DNA of 64,000 nt from a virus (IMGVR_UViG_2926965794_000002:1-64000); one strand, 5' to 3'; positions 8,459 through 18,304 are shown, numbered from the stretch's first letter. The notes: generated by a model from the sequence alone, not told the origin. Made by a program: numbers and translations.

Positions 8459-9279
8459 TAGTTCTTGTAAAACTTACGGCCGTAAAGCATGCGACCCGAG
8501 AGAAGGGTATAGCGGCTTCCTTAATCAAGACCAATAATACGCAAAATACCCTTCGGGTGCCGGACTTTCGCTCAAACGATCCGATACAACTTTGGCTTGA
8601 ATCTAAGTTCAAAGCGACAAAGCCACGCGGAGACATGGCTCAGATCGCATACGGCAGAAAGCGTCCCTACCCTCGCGCCAACTCGACAACGTCGGTCCTC
8701 AAACTACAAGACCTCGGCAAAATAAGATATGCTTGGTATCACGACCCACGCATTCCGATTTCAGATCCAGCAAAGCTGTTTCAATTGCCGGAAGAGAACG
8801 GGCTGTACGGCTACTCTTTCGGAGTAGATGGAGACATCACCGAAATGTGGTCGGAGCAGCAATTCAAGGAGACCCTCTTGGCCATACACGCGTATGACAA
8901 GATAGTCGCTGAACTGGAGAAGCTTCAAAAGTCTAACGAGGACCTCAAGCAAGTGAGCCGTCTGAAATATTACGGCCTGAAGCTATTCAAATTCTACGTC
9001 GACCAGATGCTCCCATCGACACTCGACGTAACAATGGAGGACCTCTTCGCGTTTGGCGGAAAGTTCAACTCTTTTTTCGACAGAGCAAATCGAATCATTG
9101 GACTAACACTTTCGCAATCATACAAAGAAATTCTGACTCGCGAGGAAGGAACAGCCTTTTCACTTCCGCGCGACGCAAAGGTTTGGGAACTGGTGAAGCG
9201 GAAATTCGACGACAATCTCGCAGTGTTTCGACTTGCGCAACAGCAGTGACTCTGGCCTCGGCCCCTAACGGCGGCAGAT

Positions 9280-9356
<77 letters not shown>

Positions 9357-9472
9357 ATAATCGTGCAAAGGGTACAAACTCCTTTGCGGCGCAGACGTAC
9401 ATCCGGCCTGGCGCGATCGTTTGGCATCGTTAGCCCGACGACTAAATTTCGTTCATGGCCGAACTGAGTCAT

Positions 9473-9560
9473 TGGCGGGCAGCCGAGGAATCGAACCCCC
9501 ATCGCTTTCGCGAGCCGCGGTTTTCAAGACCGCTGTCAGACCATTCCGACTAGACTGCCC
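9473..9560 (-). tRNA. tRNA-Ser(TGA)
   Basis: Loop CTTGAAA, long variable arm. Confidence 0.88.
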
Positions 9561-9564
9561 AATG

Positions 9565-9642
9565 TGGCTTCCCCTGCTGGACTCGAACCAGCGGCCTCGG
9601 CATTCGGACGGCCGCGCTCTGACTCCGCTGAGCTAAGGGGAA
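9565..9642 (-). tRNA. tRNA-Arg(CCG)
   Basis: Loop GTCCGAA with a 31-39 mismatch; CCA end. Confidence 0.8.
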
Positions 9643-9815
9643 AAACTAATGATCCCGTCTGCGCGTCCCCCTATCGCCTGTAGTGGGGACGTCTTTTTTG
9701 GAGGCACGAGAGTAAGTACGCACCCTAGTTGCCAAACTCTCTCAAGATGCGGTCGCGGTCCTGCTCGTGGAGGGCGAGTTTCCTCACGGTTGCTACGCAT
9801 GTGGTGAGCGAGGCG

Positions 9816-10760
9816 TCAGGGCAGCTTCTGCTCAGCCTCAGCCAGAAAAAGGATGGTCGAGGCCGTTAGATGAAGGACGTAAGCCACCAGTTCTTTCGGA
9901 ATTTGAGCCGAGGGGGCAGCACCCGCCCCGTGGCCACCTAACCGATTTCTCGCGGTTGGCACGCCCGATTCCAACACGCTACGGAGGCCGTTGAAGTGCG
10001 TTTGCCAGAAGCTGGGTATGAGGCCATTGTCGTAGCAGGCCCTGATGAGTTCACTTGCAGTGGCATTGGCACTAATTGCCCATCCTCGCTTCGCGCACAT
10101 AATTTTCATCGTGCTTTCGAAAGCCTTGTTACAATTTAGCAGAGCCTCGGCATGTTTACCGTGCCGGTAGCTCTCATGCGCATCCAAGAACTCTTTCTGG
10201 GCATTTGCGTAACGAGCATTCCGCAAGAGTTGTAGCGCAGGCTTCACGATCTCTGTGTGCGTTAGCTGATTGTCGATGCGGATGATTTTTCCGTCAGCAT
10301 ACTCGTAACCGACAGCATTCTCCTTGAACCGAGCGTTCAGCTCAGAAATTGCATCATCGGCGATTTCTTCAGCGTTGCGACGATTCAGATAATTCCATTG
10401 ACGAGTGTAGTTCTCGATGACGGTGGCGGTGATCTCAATTACGTCCAGGACGCGCTCGACGTTCGCTTCCGTCAAGAAGAACTCGCACAGCTCTCCGAAG
10501 GCGTTGCGGCTATCATAAGGGGTGCGGTTGTTCTTTGTGAGAGTAAAGACTTGATACTCACGACGCAGTATCTCGACAATATCCTGATAGGTAGATCGGA
10601 TCTTGTCTTCGATACTGACTGCCGGATTGCCAATCGCATCGGTCCAGATGTGGATGATCTGGACGCGAAGGCCTTCAGGTACCTTGTCGTAAGTGTACAC
10701 TTCGGCGGGAACGCCTCGTTCGGCCTTTCGCCTTTTCGAGAACAGGTTGAAGATTGCCAT
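9816..10760 (-). CDS. STM4504/CBY_0614-like AbiJ-N plus HEPN-like abortive infection protein
   Basis: LFSKR..VYTYD..P..LRVQI N-terminus; C-terminal RNRLGGHG (Rx4-6H). Confidence 0.75.
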   Translation of the reverse strand: MAIFNLFSKRRKAERGVPAEVYTYDKVPEGLRVQIIHIWTDAIGNPAVSIEDKIRSTYQDIVEILRREYQVFTLTKNNRTPYDSRNAFGELCEFFLTEANVERVLDVIEITATVIENYTRQWNYLNRRNAEEIADDAISELNARFKENAVGYEYADGKIIRIDNQLTHTEIVKPALQLLRNARYANAQKEFLDAHESYRHGKHAEALLNCNKAFESTMKIMCAKRGWAISANATASELIRACYDNGLIPSFWQTHFNGLRSVLESGVPTARNRLGGHGAGAAPSAQIPKELVAYVLHLTASTILFLAEAEQKLP

Positions 10761-10779
10761 CTCGGCCTCCGGGAACGAC

Positions 10780-11106
10780 GGGATTTATACCCGACAGAGT
10801 TCCTTGCAAGAAGGTTGATGACGTCAGAACGGCTCCCGCGAGGGTTGCTAGACGGCCTTTTCCCAAGATTTCTTCATGCCCCTGCCCGTCCTTGCCGGCT
10901 CCTCGCTTACCGTTGTCCTTCGCGGGAGCGGATGCCAGCGGCTTGGGCATTCATGGCGGTCGGTCCAGCTTTTAAAAGCCTCGTCTGCAAACTGCCACCA
11001 CATCGCGCATTCAGGGAACGGGCACCGCCCAATGTCCGCGTCGCCGCGGCCGCTGCAGGAAATCAGAATCTACGCACCGCCGGCGGTGATCGCAATCGCC
11101 GCCGGC
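10780..11106 (-). ncRNA. Candidate structured ncRNA downstream of the HNH gene
   Basis: No credible ORF; 10-bp long-range stem 10832-41/10920-29, crossing pairing 10862-67/10942-47, hairpin 11079-11106. Confidence 0.4.
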
Positions 11107-11110
11107 TGGC

Positions 11111-11647
11111 TTATTTCTCGAGCTCGACATCCCAGTACAGGTAGTCCTGCCAGGACTCGTGCAGGAAGTTCGGCGGGAAGAGCCGCTGCGCCGCCAGCAG
11201 GTCATGCTGGCTGGGCTCGAACGGCGCCCTCAGCGGCTTCCAGATCTGCCGATCCTTGAGCATGTTGCACGGGCTGCATGCCGCAACGATGTTTGTCCAT
11301 TCGGTCTTGCCGCCGAGCGCCCGCGGCACGACGTGGTCGAACGTGAGCTCGCCGCGGAGGTGCTGCTCGCCGCAATACTGGCAGCGGAAGCGATCGCGGA
11401 GAAAGACGTTAAACCGCGTGAAGGCGACTCGAGCCGGCGGCCGGACATAGTCGCGCAGCGCGATGACCGACGGCAGCCGCATAGTCGTCGACGGACTCCG
11501 GATGACTTGATCGTACTCCGCGACGACGACGTGAGATCCCCGCACCACTGCCTTGACGGAGTCTTCCCAACCGAACAGCGACAGCGGAAAGTAACTTAAG
11601 GGTTGGAAGTCGGCGTTGAGAACCAGCGCCGGACTTGCGGCAAACAT
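11111..11647 (-). CDS. McrA-like HNH endonuclease
   Basis: LVLNADFQPL, FTRFNVFLRDRFRCQYCG, LTFDHVVPR, WTNIVAACSPCN. Confidence 0.92.
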   Translation of the reverse strand: MFAASPALVLNADFQPLSYFPLSLFGWEDSVKAVVRGSHVVVAEYDQVIRSPSTTMRLPSVIALRDYVRPPARVAFTRFNVFLRDRFRCQYCGEQHLRGELTFDHVVPRALGGKTEWTNIVAACSPCNMLKDRQIWKPLRAPFEPSQHDLLAAQRLFPPNFLHESWQDYLYWDVELEK

Positions 11648-11711
11648 CGTCGACCCCCTTTGATTGCGTTGCGGTTTCTTGCTTCAAAGAAGAAGCGAGG
11701 ATGATTTACCG

Positions 11712-11786
11712 TGGTAGGCGCAGCCGGATTCGAACCGACGACCGAGCCGTTATGAGCGGCTGGCTCTACCGCTGAGCTAGACGCCC
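11712..11786 (-). tRNA. tRNA(CAT), probably Ile2
   Basis: AGCCG-CTCATAA-CGGCT, Ile2-like body. Confidence 0.85.
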
Positions 11787-11790
11787 GAAT

Positions 11791-11867
11791 TGGTCGGCGT
11801 GGCAGGATTTGAACCTGCGGCCCCCTGCTCCCGAAGCAGATGCGCTACCAGGCTGCGCCACACGCCG
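11791..11867 (-). tRNA. tRNA-Pro(CGG)
   Basis: Loop TTCGGGA. Confidence 0.93.
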
Positions 11868-11902
11868 GAAATTGCTAATTTGAGGACAGTAAGGAGTACC
11901 CA

Positions 11903-12178
11903 ATGTCTAATAAGCCCTCGAACGACTGCCCATCCCCGGCATGTAAGGGGAAAAGCTACATGCAGAGACCGCTGAGCCCTGATTTCTGGAAGACAATGTC
12001 GGCAGCTGAGCAGCGACGGATCTACTCGACAGGAGACACTCTCACCGGCATCGGCAGCGAGGCGATGCATTGTCACCACTGCGGGTCCGTCTATCTGAGG
12101 TCGACGAAGGAATGCAGGATCGTCGGCAGGATCGATGAAGACGACGACGGCGGTGAACAAAAATGGACACCGGTCTAG
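11903..12178 (+). CDS. Small Zn-ribbon-like protein
   Basis: CPSPAC and CHHC; TAAGGAG RBS. Confidence 0.65.
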   Translation: MSNKPSNDCPSPACKGKSYMQRPLSPDFWKTMSAAEQRRIYSTGDTLTGIGSEAMHCHHCGSVYLRSTKECRIVGRIDEDDDGGEQKWTPV

Positions 12179-12184
12179 CCAAAC

Positions 12185-12258
12185 TGGCGCCCCTGACGAG
12201 GATCGAACTCGCCTTCCCGCATCGACAGTGCGGTCCCTTCCCAGATGGGTACAGGGGC
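12185..12258 (-). tRNA. tRNA-Asp(GTC)
   Basis: CCGCA-CTGTCGA-TGCGG; G73. Confidence 0.88.
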
Positions 12259-12364
12259 AGTCAGCTGCGACACTTGGTCCACGCCGTCAGAATAGAAGCA
12301 ATTTTGGGATCGCGGTACGCTACCTGGCGTTGCAAGGCTGTCCAATCAGAACGTGGAGGCCCAA

Positions 12365-12796
12365 ATGCGTATTTTCATTCTTCTTGTGACCTTGTTAGCG
12401 ATCGCGCCTGCACTAGCCGCCGACATGCCCAATACGAAGCGACCACGCGGCGTCCTGAACTGCACTCCGGCTGATGGGGTATATTTGTGCAGGGCAGATT
12501 TTCATTTGTCGTGCGACAAAGGAAAAGTAATACCCTTCCCGGTACCCGGCAAGGCGATCGACAATACCGACTACTTCATTCCCGACGTAGGCGATTTGAT
12601 TCCTGGCACCGCAGATTGCGTGACGCAGGAAGTGAAAGGCACCGGGTACATCGATCTCCTGGATGCAAATCGGCGGCATCTCAAGATCCACTATGGTTGT
12701 GAGGCGACATATACTGATGACGCGTTTGCCTATGGGTACTGCAGCGTGCAGTCTTACGACGTAATGCGGAGACGCGAGTCCTCGCCGAGAATGTAG
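12365..12796 (+). CDS. Secreted Cys-rich protein
   Basis: Signal peptide MRIFILLVTLLAIAPALA; GGAGG RBS; 6 Cys. Confidence 0.7.
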   Translation: MRIFILLVTLLAIAPALAADMPNTKRPRGVLNCTPADGVYLCRADFHLSCDKGKVIPFPVPGKAIDNTDYFIPDVGDLIPGTADCVTQEVKGTGYIDLLDANRRHLKIHYGCEATYTDDAFAYGYCSVQSYDVMRRRESSPRM

Positions 12797-12805
12797 ATCG
12801 ATTCA

Positions 12806-12886
12806 TGGTGGGCCGGCAGGAATCGAACCAGCATGGTTTCCCGTCGGCCCCTCAGACTAATGCGTCTACCGTTTCGCCACGGCCGC
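12806..12886 (-). tRNA. tRNA-Leu(GAG), degenerate or pseudo
   Basis: Loop CTGAGGG; mismatches in anticodon and T stems; acceptor 1 nt short. Confidence 0.65.
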
Positions 12887-12894
12887 CAGCCGCT

Positions 12895-13323
12895 TCACTT
12901 CCGCAATTTACAAGGATTGCCTTTCTGGCTGCACTCGTAGATCGCTTGCGAATAACCGGTGAACGAGGCAATAGCGCCCCCAAATCCGATTACTGCGCCC
13001 GTAATAAATACGGTGAAGATCGTCGATAGCCGTTTGTCCGCCAAGATCTTCAATCGCTCTTCTGGCTTATCGCCGGTGATGATCCGGTTTATCGCTTCTT
13101 CAGAATTGCTCCAGACGATTATCAGCGCGATACCCGCGCTCAGCAAACCGAACGTACCAGTCCCCAGCGCGAGAAGGGATGAGGAATCCGTGCCCTTGTC
13201 CTTCATAAACGCAACAGCGGTGGCCAACACGCCGATGTTTGCGAGCGCAACCGTGTTGGCCACGCGGTACTTGAGTTCAGCCCATGCCTGCACAAGTTTG
13301 AGCTCATATTCTCGTAGCTTCAT
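12895..13323 (-). CDS. Membrane protein (about 3 TM)
   Basis: Hydrophobic helices; lower GC. Confidence 0.65.
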   Translation of the reverse strand: MKLREYELKLVQAWAELKYRVANTVALANIGVLATAVAFMKDKGTDSSSLLALGTGTFGLLSAGIALIIVWSNSEEAINRIITGDKPEERLKILADKRLSTIFTVFITGAVIGFGGAIASFTGYSQAIYECSQKGNPCKLRK

Positions 13324-13423
13324 CGTGTCTTCTTGCGAACTATCCACCTAACCGCCCTCCTTCGATTCTCCCCCTCTGGTTGTACCAGCTTTTCCGCCTC
13401 GCGCGCATGCCTCGCGCAAGTGA

Positions 13424-13499
13424 CAGAGGACTTGCTCGGACTCGAACCGACGATGGCTTGCGCCGACGGATTAAGAATCCGCGCTGGGGGCACAGGTCC
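13424..13499 (-). tRNA. Degenerate tRNA-Lys(CTT)-like gene with long variable arm and truncated D-arm
   Basis: GCGGA-TTCTTAA-TCCGT, GGC-GCAA-GCC arm, TTCGAGT loop, no CCA. Confidence 0.55.
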
Positions 13500-13503
13500 G
13501 TGA

Positions 13504-13594
13504 TGGTGGACCGGGCGGGACTCAAACCCCCGATGTGGCCGTGAGGCCAGCCGGATTAAAAGTCCGGGCCGTTCGTCGCTACGGTAACCGGTCC
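13504..13594 (-). tRNA. tRNA with Lys(TTT) anticodon and long variable arm
   Basis: GGACCGG/CCGGTCC-A-CCA; CCGGA-CTTTTAA-TCCGG; TGGCC-TCAC-GGCCA arm. Confidence 0.8.
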
Positions 13595-13770
13595 ATCGTA
13601 TCGATGGGTGCGGCGGCCAGCCGCTCCGGTTTGGTGTGACGCTCTACGATCGCGTCGGCCTTTGCCTTCGCGCGCGCCAGCGCCGCCTGGCTCTCGATCG
13701 AGAGGAGGTGCACGCCCGGCGGCAGGATCGCCGACGGCACGCGCTGCATCAGCGTCGTCAGAACAACCAT
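13579..13770 (-). CDS. Small hypothetical protein, co-oriented with the tRNAs
   Basis: GAGGAGG RBS; 63 aa. Confidence 0.5.
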   Translation of the reverse strand: MVVLTTLMQRVPSAILPPGVHLLSIESQAALARAKAKADAIVERHTKPERLAAAPIDTMDRLP

Positions 13771-13788
13771 GATCGTCCTCCTCGTTGT

Positions 13789-13863
13789 TGGTGCACGCTG
13801 CTGGAATCGAACCAACTGCCACTCGCTTATCAGGCGAGGCCCTCACCGGTCGGACTAACGTGC
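13789..13863 (-). tRNA. tRNA-Ile(GAT)
   Basis: CTCGC-CTGATAA-GCGAG. Confidence 0.85.
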
Positions 13864-13894
13864 GTGATCGAAGTTGTGCAAAAGTTGCACGAGT

Positions 13895-13969
13895 TGGTGC
13901 GTCCGGACCGGATTGAACGGCCGACATTCGCCATGTCATAGCGATGCTCTCCCACTGAGCTACGGACGC
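13895..13969 (-). tRNA. tRNA-Val(GAC)
   Basis: Loop ATGACAT. Confidence 0.9.
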
Positions 13970-13973
13970 GAAT

Positions 13974-14048
13974 TGGTGCGCGCCGACGGGATCGAACCGC
14001 CGACATCCTGTGTGTAGGACAGGCGCTCTACCGCTGAGCTAGGCGCGC
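13974..14048 (-). tRNA. tRNA-Val(TAC), C33
   Basis: CCTGT-CCTACAC-ACAGG. Confidence 0.9.
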
Positions 14049-14165
14049 GTGACTTCCGCTTTTTCCTGCCTCGGGACGCTTTCCCATAGAGGCCGAAAAT
14101 AAAGCTGCTCGACCCTTTCCGGTTTGGCCTCGCGGGCGCGATTACCCAGTAGGAGGACCAAAACC

Positions 14166-14468
14166 ATGATCGACGATGACGATTTCGAAGAGCGCTTCGA
14201 GGAATTCTGCGAGCTCACCGATGATCAGGTCGACGCCGTGCTCGAGCGCGAGATGGCCGAGTACGTCAGATGGTGGAACACGCTGACCGCGATCCAGCAA
14301 TACCGGATCAGCCGGCGGACAGCGGTCGAAGGTTGCCTGACCTGGCGCAAGACGATCCGTGCCGGCTTCGACAGCGAGTTCTTCTTGGAGCAGCTGCGCA
14401 GCCGACAGAAGCGGCTGCTCAAGCTGCGGATCGAACTCGCGACCGGCGTCTATCCGGGCTCAGCGTGA
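14166..14468 (+). CDS. Hypothetical protein; stop abuts tRNA-Leu
   Basis: AGGAGG RBS; TGA 14466-14468. Confidence 0.7.
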   Translation: MIDDDDFEERFEEFCELTDDQVDAVLEREMAEYVRWWNTLTAIQQYRISRRTAVEGCLTWRKTIRAGFDSEFFLEQLRSRQKRLLKLRIELATGVYPGSA

Positions 14469-14547
14469 TGGTGCCCCGAGCAGGATTCGAACCTGCAAGG
14501 AAGACTGTTTTGAGCAGCCGGCGTCTACCGAATTCCGCCACCGGGGC
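14469..14547 (-). tRNA. tRNA-Leu(CAA) lacking the long variable arm
   Basis: GGCTG-CTCAAAA-CAGTC; Leu-type D-arm; about 6-nt variable region. Confidence 0.85.
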
Positions 14548-14555
14548 AGTTGTAA

Positions 14556-14639
14556 TGGTGCGGACGGAGGGGATCGAACCCACACTCCGAAGAACCGGTT
14601 CCTGAGACCGGCGCGTCTACCAAGTTCCGCCACGTCCGC
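14556..14639 (-). tRNA. tRNA-Leu(CAG)
   Basis: CCGGT-CTCAGGA-ACCGG. Confidence 0.9.
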
Positions 14640-14644
14640 ATTGA

Positions 14645-14720
14645 TGGTGCTGTCACCAGGGCTCGAACCTGGCGCCTCGACCCTACCAAGATCGCGCTCT
14701 ACCCGATGAGCTATGACAGC
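14645..14720 (-). tRNA. tRNA-Thr(GGT)
   Basis: Loop TTGGTAG. Confidence 0.9.
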
Positions 14721-14724
14721 GAAG

Positions 14725-14799
14725 TGGTGCCCGCAGCAGGGCTTGAGTCTGCGCGCGTCCGCCTACAATGCGGCTGCTCTCCATCTGAGCTATGCGGGC
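14725..14799 (-). tRNA. tRNA-Thr(TGT), degenerate T-loop
   Basis: Loop ATTGTAG; T-loop CTCAAGC. Confidence 0.78.
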
Positions 14800-14804
14800 T
14801 GACC

Positions 14805-14879
14805 TGGTGCCGGCGGCCAGATTTGAACTGGCGACCTTCGCGTTACGAGTGCGCTGCGCTGCCACTGCGCCACGCCGGC
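14805..14879 (-). tRNA. tRNA-Thr(CGT)
   Basis: Loop CTCGTAA. Confidence 0.88.
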
Positions 14880-15032
14880 AAACATTCACAAACGACCGGG
14901 ACGAGCCCGGCCAAATAGAAAACCTTCGCTGCCTGAAACCACCGTTTGCCGCCCCACTGAAGGAGACCGGTACCGGTCAGCGAAATCGCCTTATGTCCTT
15001 GCGGGGGCGATCGTCCCGTATTCCGAAATCAG

Positions 15033-15227
15033 TCATGCAGCCGTGCGCTCGCCGCGGCGATGCGGCTGAGCTCGGTTGATGTAATCGAGATAGATATTGC
15101 GGGCCTCGGCCTCGGTCACACCGCGGCGGGCCACAACGGTCCGCACGAAGGCGAGCGCTACCGGCGAGGAGAAGATCCTCTGCTTGGCGCGGTTCTCGAG
15201 TCCTGTGGTGGTGTTGGTGCGGGCCAT
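15033..15227 (-). CDS. Small basic hypothetical protein upstream of the array
   Basis: GGAGAGG RBS; 64 aa. Confidence 0.55.
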   Translation of the reverse strand: MARTNTTTGLENRAKQRIFSSPVALAFVRTVVARRGVTEAEARNIYLDYINRAQPHRRGERTAA

Positions 15228-15675
15228 CTGCCCTCTCCGCCTGGTGTGGCGGAGGGTGGATTCCCGCCGCCTGTTACGCTCTTGCTATCGTGGATGTCCC
15301 GAGATTTTCGGGGCGCATATAGCTCGGACCTTGTTCCGTCACGGACAGGCACGACCAATCGCTCCGCCGAATAAACGGCAGCGCGGCGGCGGCTTTCGCG
15401 ACGATATGTGAGCGTAGGCTCAACACGGTTTCGGTCCTCAGAGCAGGCAAATCATTTTGCCGGCGGTTTCGATGGGGCAGCGGTATGCACAGAGTTTCTG
15501 GAATCCGTCAAGCCCCTCTTCCTCACAACTGCTGGGCGTGCTGCTCGTTCCGCCTTCTCGAACGCGGATTAGGAGCAACTGCTAACTCGCTCAGGACATG
15601 GGCGATTTAACCAACTGGACGGGTGCGACATCGGCCGCGAGATCACGATCAAAAAAATCTTGAGAGCCTTCCGGT

Positions 15676-16281
15676 TTACTCGGCGTCTGGCACAAGGAAG
15701 TACCCAGACGAACCCTTTCGAAGGGTGAAGAGAAACGATGGCCTGTGTCTCCAAAACCGTACGGGCCACCAATAATCGAGCGTCACAACTACCCTCGCGT
15801 TGTCGAGAGTCGATTGGACCATGCAGCTTCTGGTCGCAGTTTGGTTCGGCCAGAGTAACGTGACCGGCGTGTCCAAATTAATGTGAATATTCGAAAGGCT
15901 CCCTGCTCCCGAAGTCCCGTCGAAATTGCACGAGAAGCGTAAATCGAAGACCGGAACGTGTCCTTGGTTGACGATCGCCAATTGCGTCCCAAAGCTATTT
16001 TGTGGATCCAGGACCACGCTCGGCAGCACGCGTATCTGCGCCGTGACGAGCAGCACAAATGCACCAACCGCTGATAGAGCGCTCGCAACCTTCCCAAGAG
16101 CGACGAGACGTCTTCCCCAAGGGAATAGCCGTCGATATAGGGCGCGCCATCGTCCTCTCGCGACCTTGCCGTCGCTTAATTCCAATTCCGCTTTGGGCGG
16201 TGGTGTTGGTTGCTGCTGTGACGGTTGGATCGCAGCATTCGCCGCGGCTGGTTTTGTCCTGGGCCTCTTGCTCTTTCCCAT
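15676..16281 (-). CDS. Single-TM hypothetical protein (start uncertain)
   Basis: One TM followed by a beta-rich domain. Confidence 0.55.
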   Translation of the reverse strand: MGKSKRPRTKPAAANAAIQPSQQQPTPPPKAELELSDGKVARGRWRALYRRLFPWGRRLVALGKVASALSAVGAFVLLVTAQIRVLPSVVLDPQNSFGTQLAIVNQGHVPVFDLRFSCNFDGTSGAGSLSNIHINLDTPVTLLWPNQTATRSCMVQSTLDNARVVVTLDYWWPVRFWRHRPSFLFTLRKGSSGYFLVPDAE

Positions 16282-16471
16282 GGTCGTGATGCTACTGCCG
16301 GGCGATGCCAATGCCATAAAACAACCACGGCTTATATCGGATTCGACGAGTATCTGCCTGTTTAGTCCCTCGAAATCGCCCCTGTCTTGACCAAACCGTT
16401 GGCCTGCGGGCCTCGACACCCACAAGCCCTAGCGACTTCACTCACCTCGGATTCGGCGCAATCATGCCGGG

Positions 16472-16918
16472 ATGGCCCCAAAACATCATCCCACGCCACT
16501 GTCCGGAGGTGACCGGAAGGCGCTGACCAAAGAATTGGCGCGTGCCCGCGCCATGACGACGGTCTTTGCCCGCCGATCGGAGGAAAAGCGCGCCGAGGGC
16601 GAGGCCCTGATCCGGGAAGCCGATGATCTACTCTGCCAGAGCTGGAACGAGAAGATGTGGGCTGATGGCGGCCCGGTCGATCCGTCGCCCTCGATCGATC
16701 AGGCCCTCAATGCCGGTTATCCGTGGCTCGAGATCCGATGCTCGAGGTGCAAGACGCCGCGCGCGGTCGACCTGGCCGCGCTGCGCCACGTCCCGTCGAC
16801 CATGGTGCACGATCTCGCGGGGCGACTGCGCTGTGTGAAGTGCAGCGGCGCCGGCAGGCGGCCGGCGGCCGAGCTCGTTCAACTCTGGCAGCGGCGGCCT
16901 ATCGGAGACGCAACATGA
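16472..16918 (+). CDS. Hypothetical protein with CxxC pairs
   Basis: CSRC and CVKC; first gene of the coupled SRAP operon. Confidence 0.7.
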   Translation: MAPKHHPTPLSGGDRKALTKELARARAMTTVFARRSEEKRAEGEALIREADDLLCQSWNEKMWADGGPVDPSPSIDQALNAGYPWLEIRCSRCKTPRAVDLAALRHVPSTMVHDLAGRLRCVKCSGAGRRPAAELVQLWQRRPIGDAT

Positions 16919-17379
16919 CCGAGTTGACACGCCGTCCCTCCGCCGACCCTCACCGCGAGGGCTGGGACGTCTTTTATGGCGACGTCAACGTCGGCTGGAT
17001 CGGTCAGCGCGCCGGCGTTCCAGCCGACGCGGATCAATGGGGCTGGACCTGCGGCTTCTATCCTGGTTGCGACCCGGGGCAGCAAAGCAGCGGCCCGGCG
17101 GCATCATTCGAGGATGCGCGCGCGGCATTCGAGATCGCATGGGGACGGTTGCTACCGACGCGCACCGAGGCCGACTTCGAGGCTTGGCGCCATCAGCGCG
17201 ATTGGACCGAGCGAAAATATGCGATGTGGGAGCGCGGCGAAAAGCTGTCTGCTCAACAGCCATCTTCGCTGATGCGCTGTCCCTGCGGTGCGGCCTTTGA
17301 TAGCCAGCAGCCAGACGAGAGTTACGCGCACCGCGGGCACATCTACGCTGCCCAGAAGAATGATGGAATTTGCCGATGA
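16915..17379 (+). CDS. Hypothetical Trp-rich protein
   Basis: GGAG RBS, ATGA coupling. Confidence 0.7.
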   Translation: MTELTRRPSADPHREGWDVFYGDVNVGWIGQRAGVPADADQWGWTCGFYPGCDPGQQSSGPAASFEDARAAFEIAWGRLLPTRTEADFEAWRHQRDWTERKYAMWERGEKLSAQQPSSLMRCPCGAAFDSQQPDESYAHRGHIYAAQKNDGICR

Positions 17380-17639
17380 GGATGAAGGGCGATCGCCCCT
17401 ACTCCGACCCCGAGAAAGCGGCGCGCCGGATCATGGAGCACGCGCGAGCGTTTGAGCCGATCCAGGACGGCAGGATCTACATCGAGAAGATCAACTATCC
17501 GATGATCGACCAGGATAAGGCGACACCGGCTGAATATTGGGCCGGCTTGCAGTACGCCAGGGACCAGGGCTGGCTCGAGTACCACGAAAGCGGAACGTTC
17601 GTGAGGATGCTCCAGCCTGGGAAGGATCTGTTCGCCTGA
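17376..17639 (+). CDS. Hypothetical protein
   Basis: Coupled on both sides. Confidence 0.7.
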   Translation: MRMKGDRPYSDPEKAARRIMEHARAFEPIQDGRIYIEKINYPMIDQDKATPAEYWAGLQYARDQGWLEYHESGTFVRMLQPGKDLFA

Positions 17640-18304
17640 TGTGCAACCTTTACTCGATAACGACCAACCAGGCGGCGATCGCTGACCTTTTCCGGCTCGT
17701 CAACCGATACGTCGGCAACCTGCCGGCGATGCCAAGCGTCTTCCCCGATTACCCGGCCCCCGTCGTGCGCGACAGTGGCGCCGGCCGCGAGCTGGTGCTG
17801 ATGCGCTGGGGCATGCCGTCACCGCCGCAGTACGGCGGGCCGCCGGTGACTAACATCCGCAACGTCAAGTCACCGCACTGGAAGCGATGGCTGAAGCCGG
17901 AGAGCCGCTGCCTGGTGCCGTTCAACAGCTTCTCGGAGTACGCGCCGGAGCCGAACCCGGCGACCGGCAAGAAGGACGTCGTCTGGTTCGCGCTCGACGA
18001 CGATCGGCCGCTGACCGCCTTCGCTGGGATCTGGACCGAGTATGCCGGCGATCGTGGCACCAAGGCCAAGCCAGTGGCGGGGCCGCACCTGGTCTACGGC
18101 TTTCTGACCACCGAGCCGAACGGCGTCGTGGCGCCGATCCACCCTAAGGCGATGCCGGTGATCCTGACTACCGATGAGGAGCGTGATGTCTGGATGCGCG
18201 CTCCTTGGGACGAGGCGAAGGCGCTGCAGCGGCCGTTGCCCGATGTTGCGCTGACGATCGTGGCCCGTGGAACCTCGAAGGAAGACCCCGCGGCGGCTGC
18301 CTGA
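17639..18304 (+). CDS. SOS response-associated peptidase (SRAP/YedK family)
   Basis: N-terminal [25 protein letters not shown]. Confidence 0.93.
   Translation: MCNLYSITTNQAAIADLFRLVNRYVGNLPAMPSVFPDYPAPVVRDSGAGRELVLMRWGMPSPPQYGGPPVTNIRNVKSPHWKRWLKPESRCLVPFNSFSEYAPEPNPATGKKDVVWFALDDDRPLTAFAGIWTEYAGDRGTKAKPVAGPHLVYGFLTTEPNGVVAPIHPKAMPVILTTDEERDVWMRAPWDEAKALQRPLPDVALTIVARGTSKEDPAAAA

Larger units (their letters stand above)
6648..9249 (+). pseudogene. AIPR-family (abortive infection phage resistance) gene split by an IS5 element
   Basis: LFNWNIRRFLG, FYYFNNGISALC and LQIVNGAQT motifs; removing the IS and one TA restores ...KDTLVLVKLTA... (about 583 aa). Confidence 0.88.
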
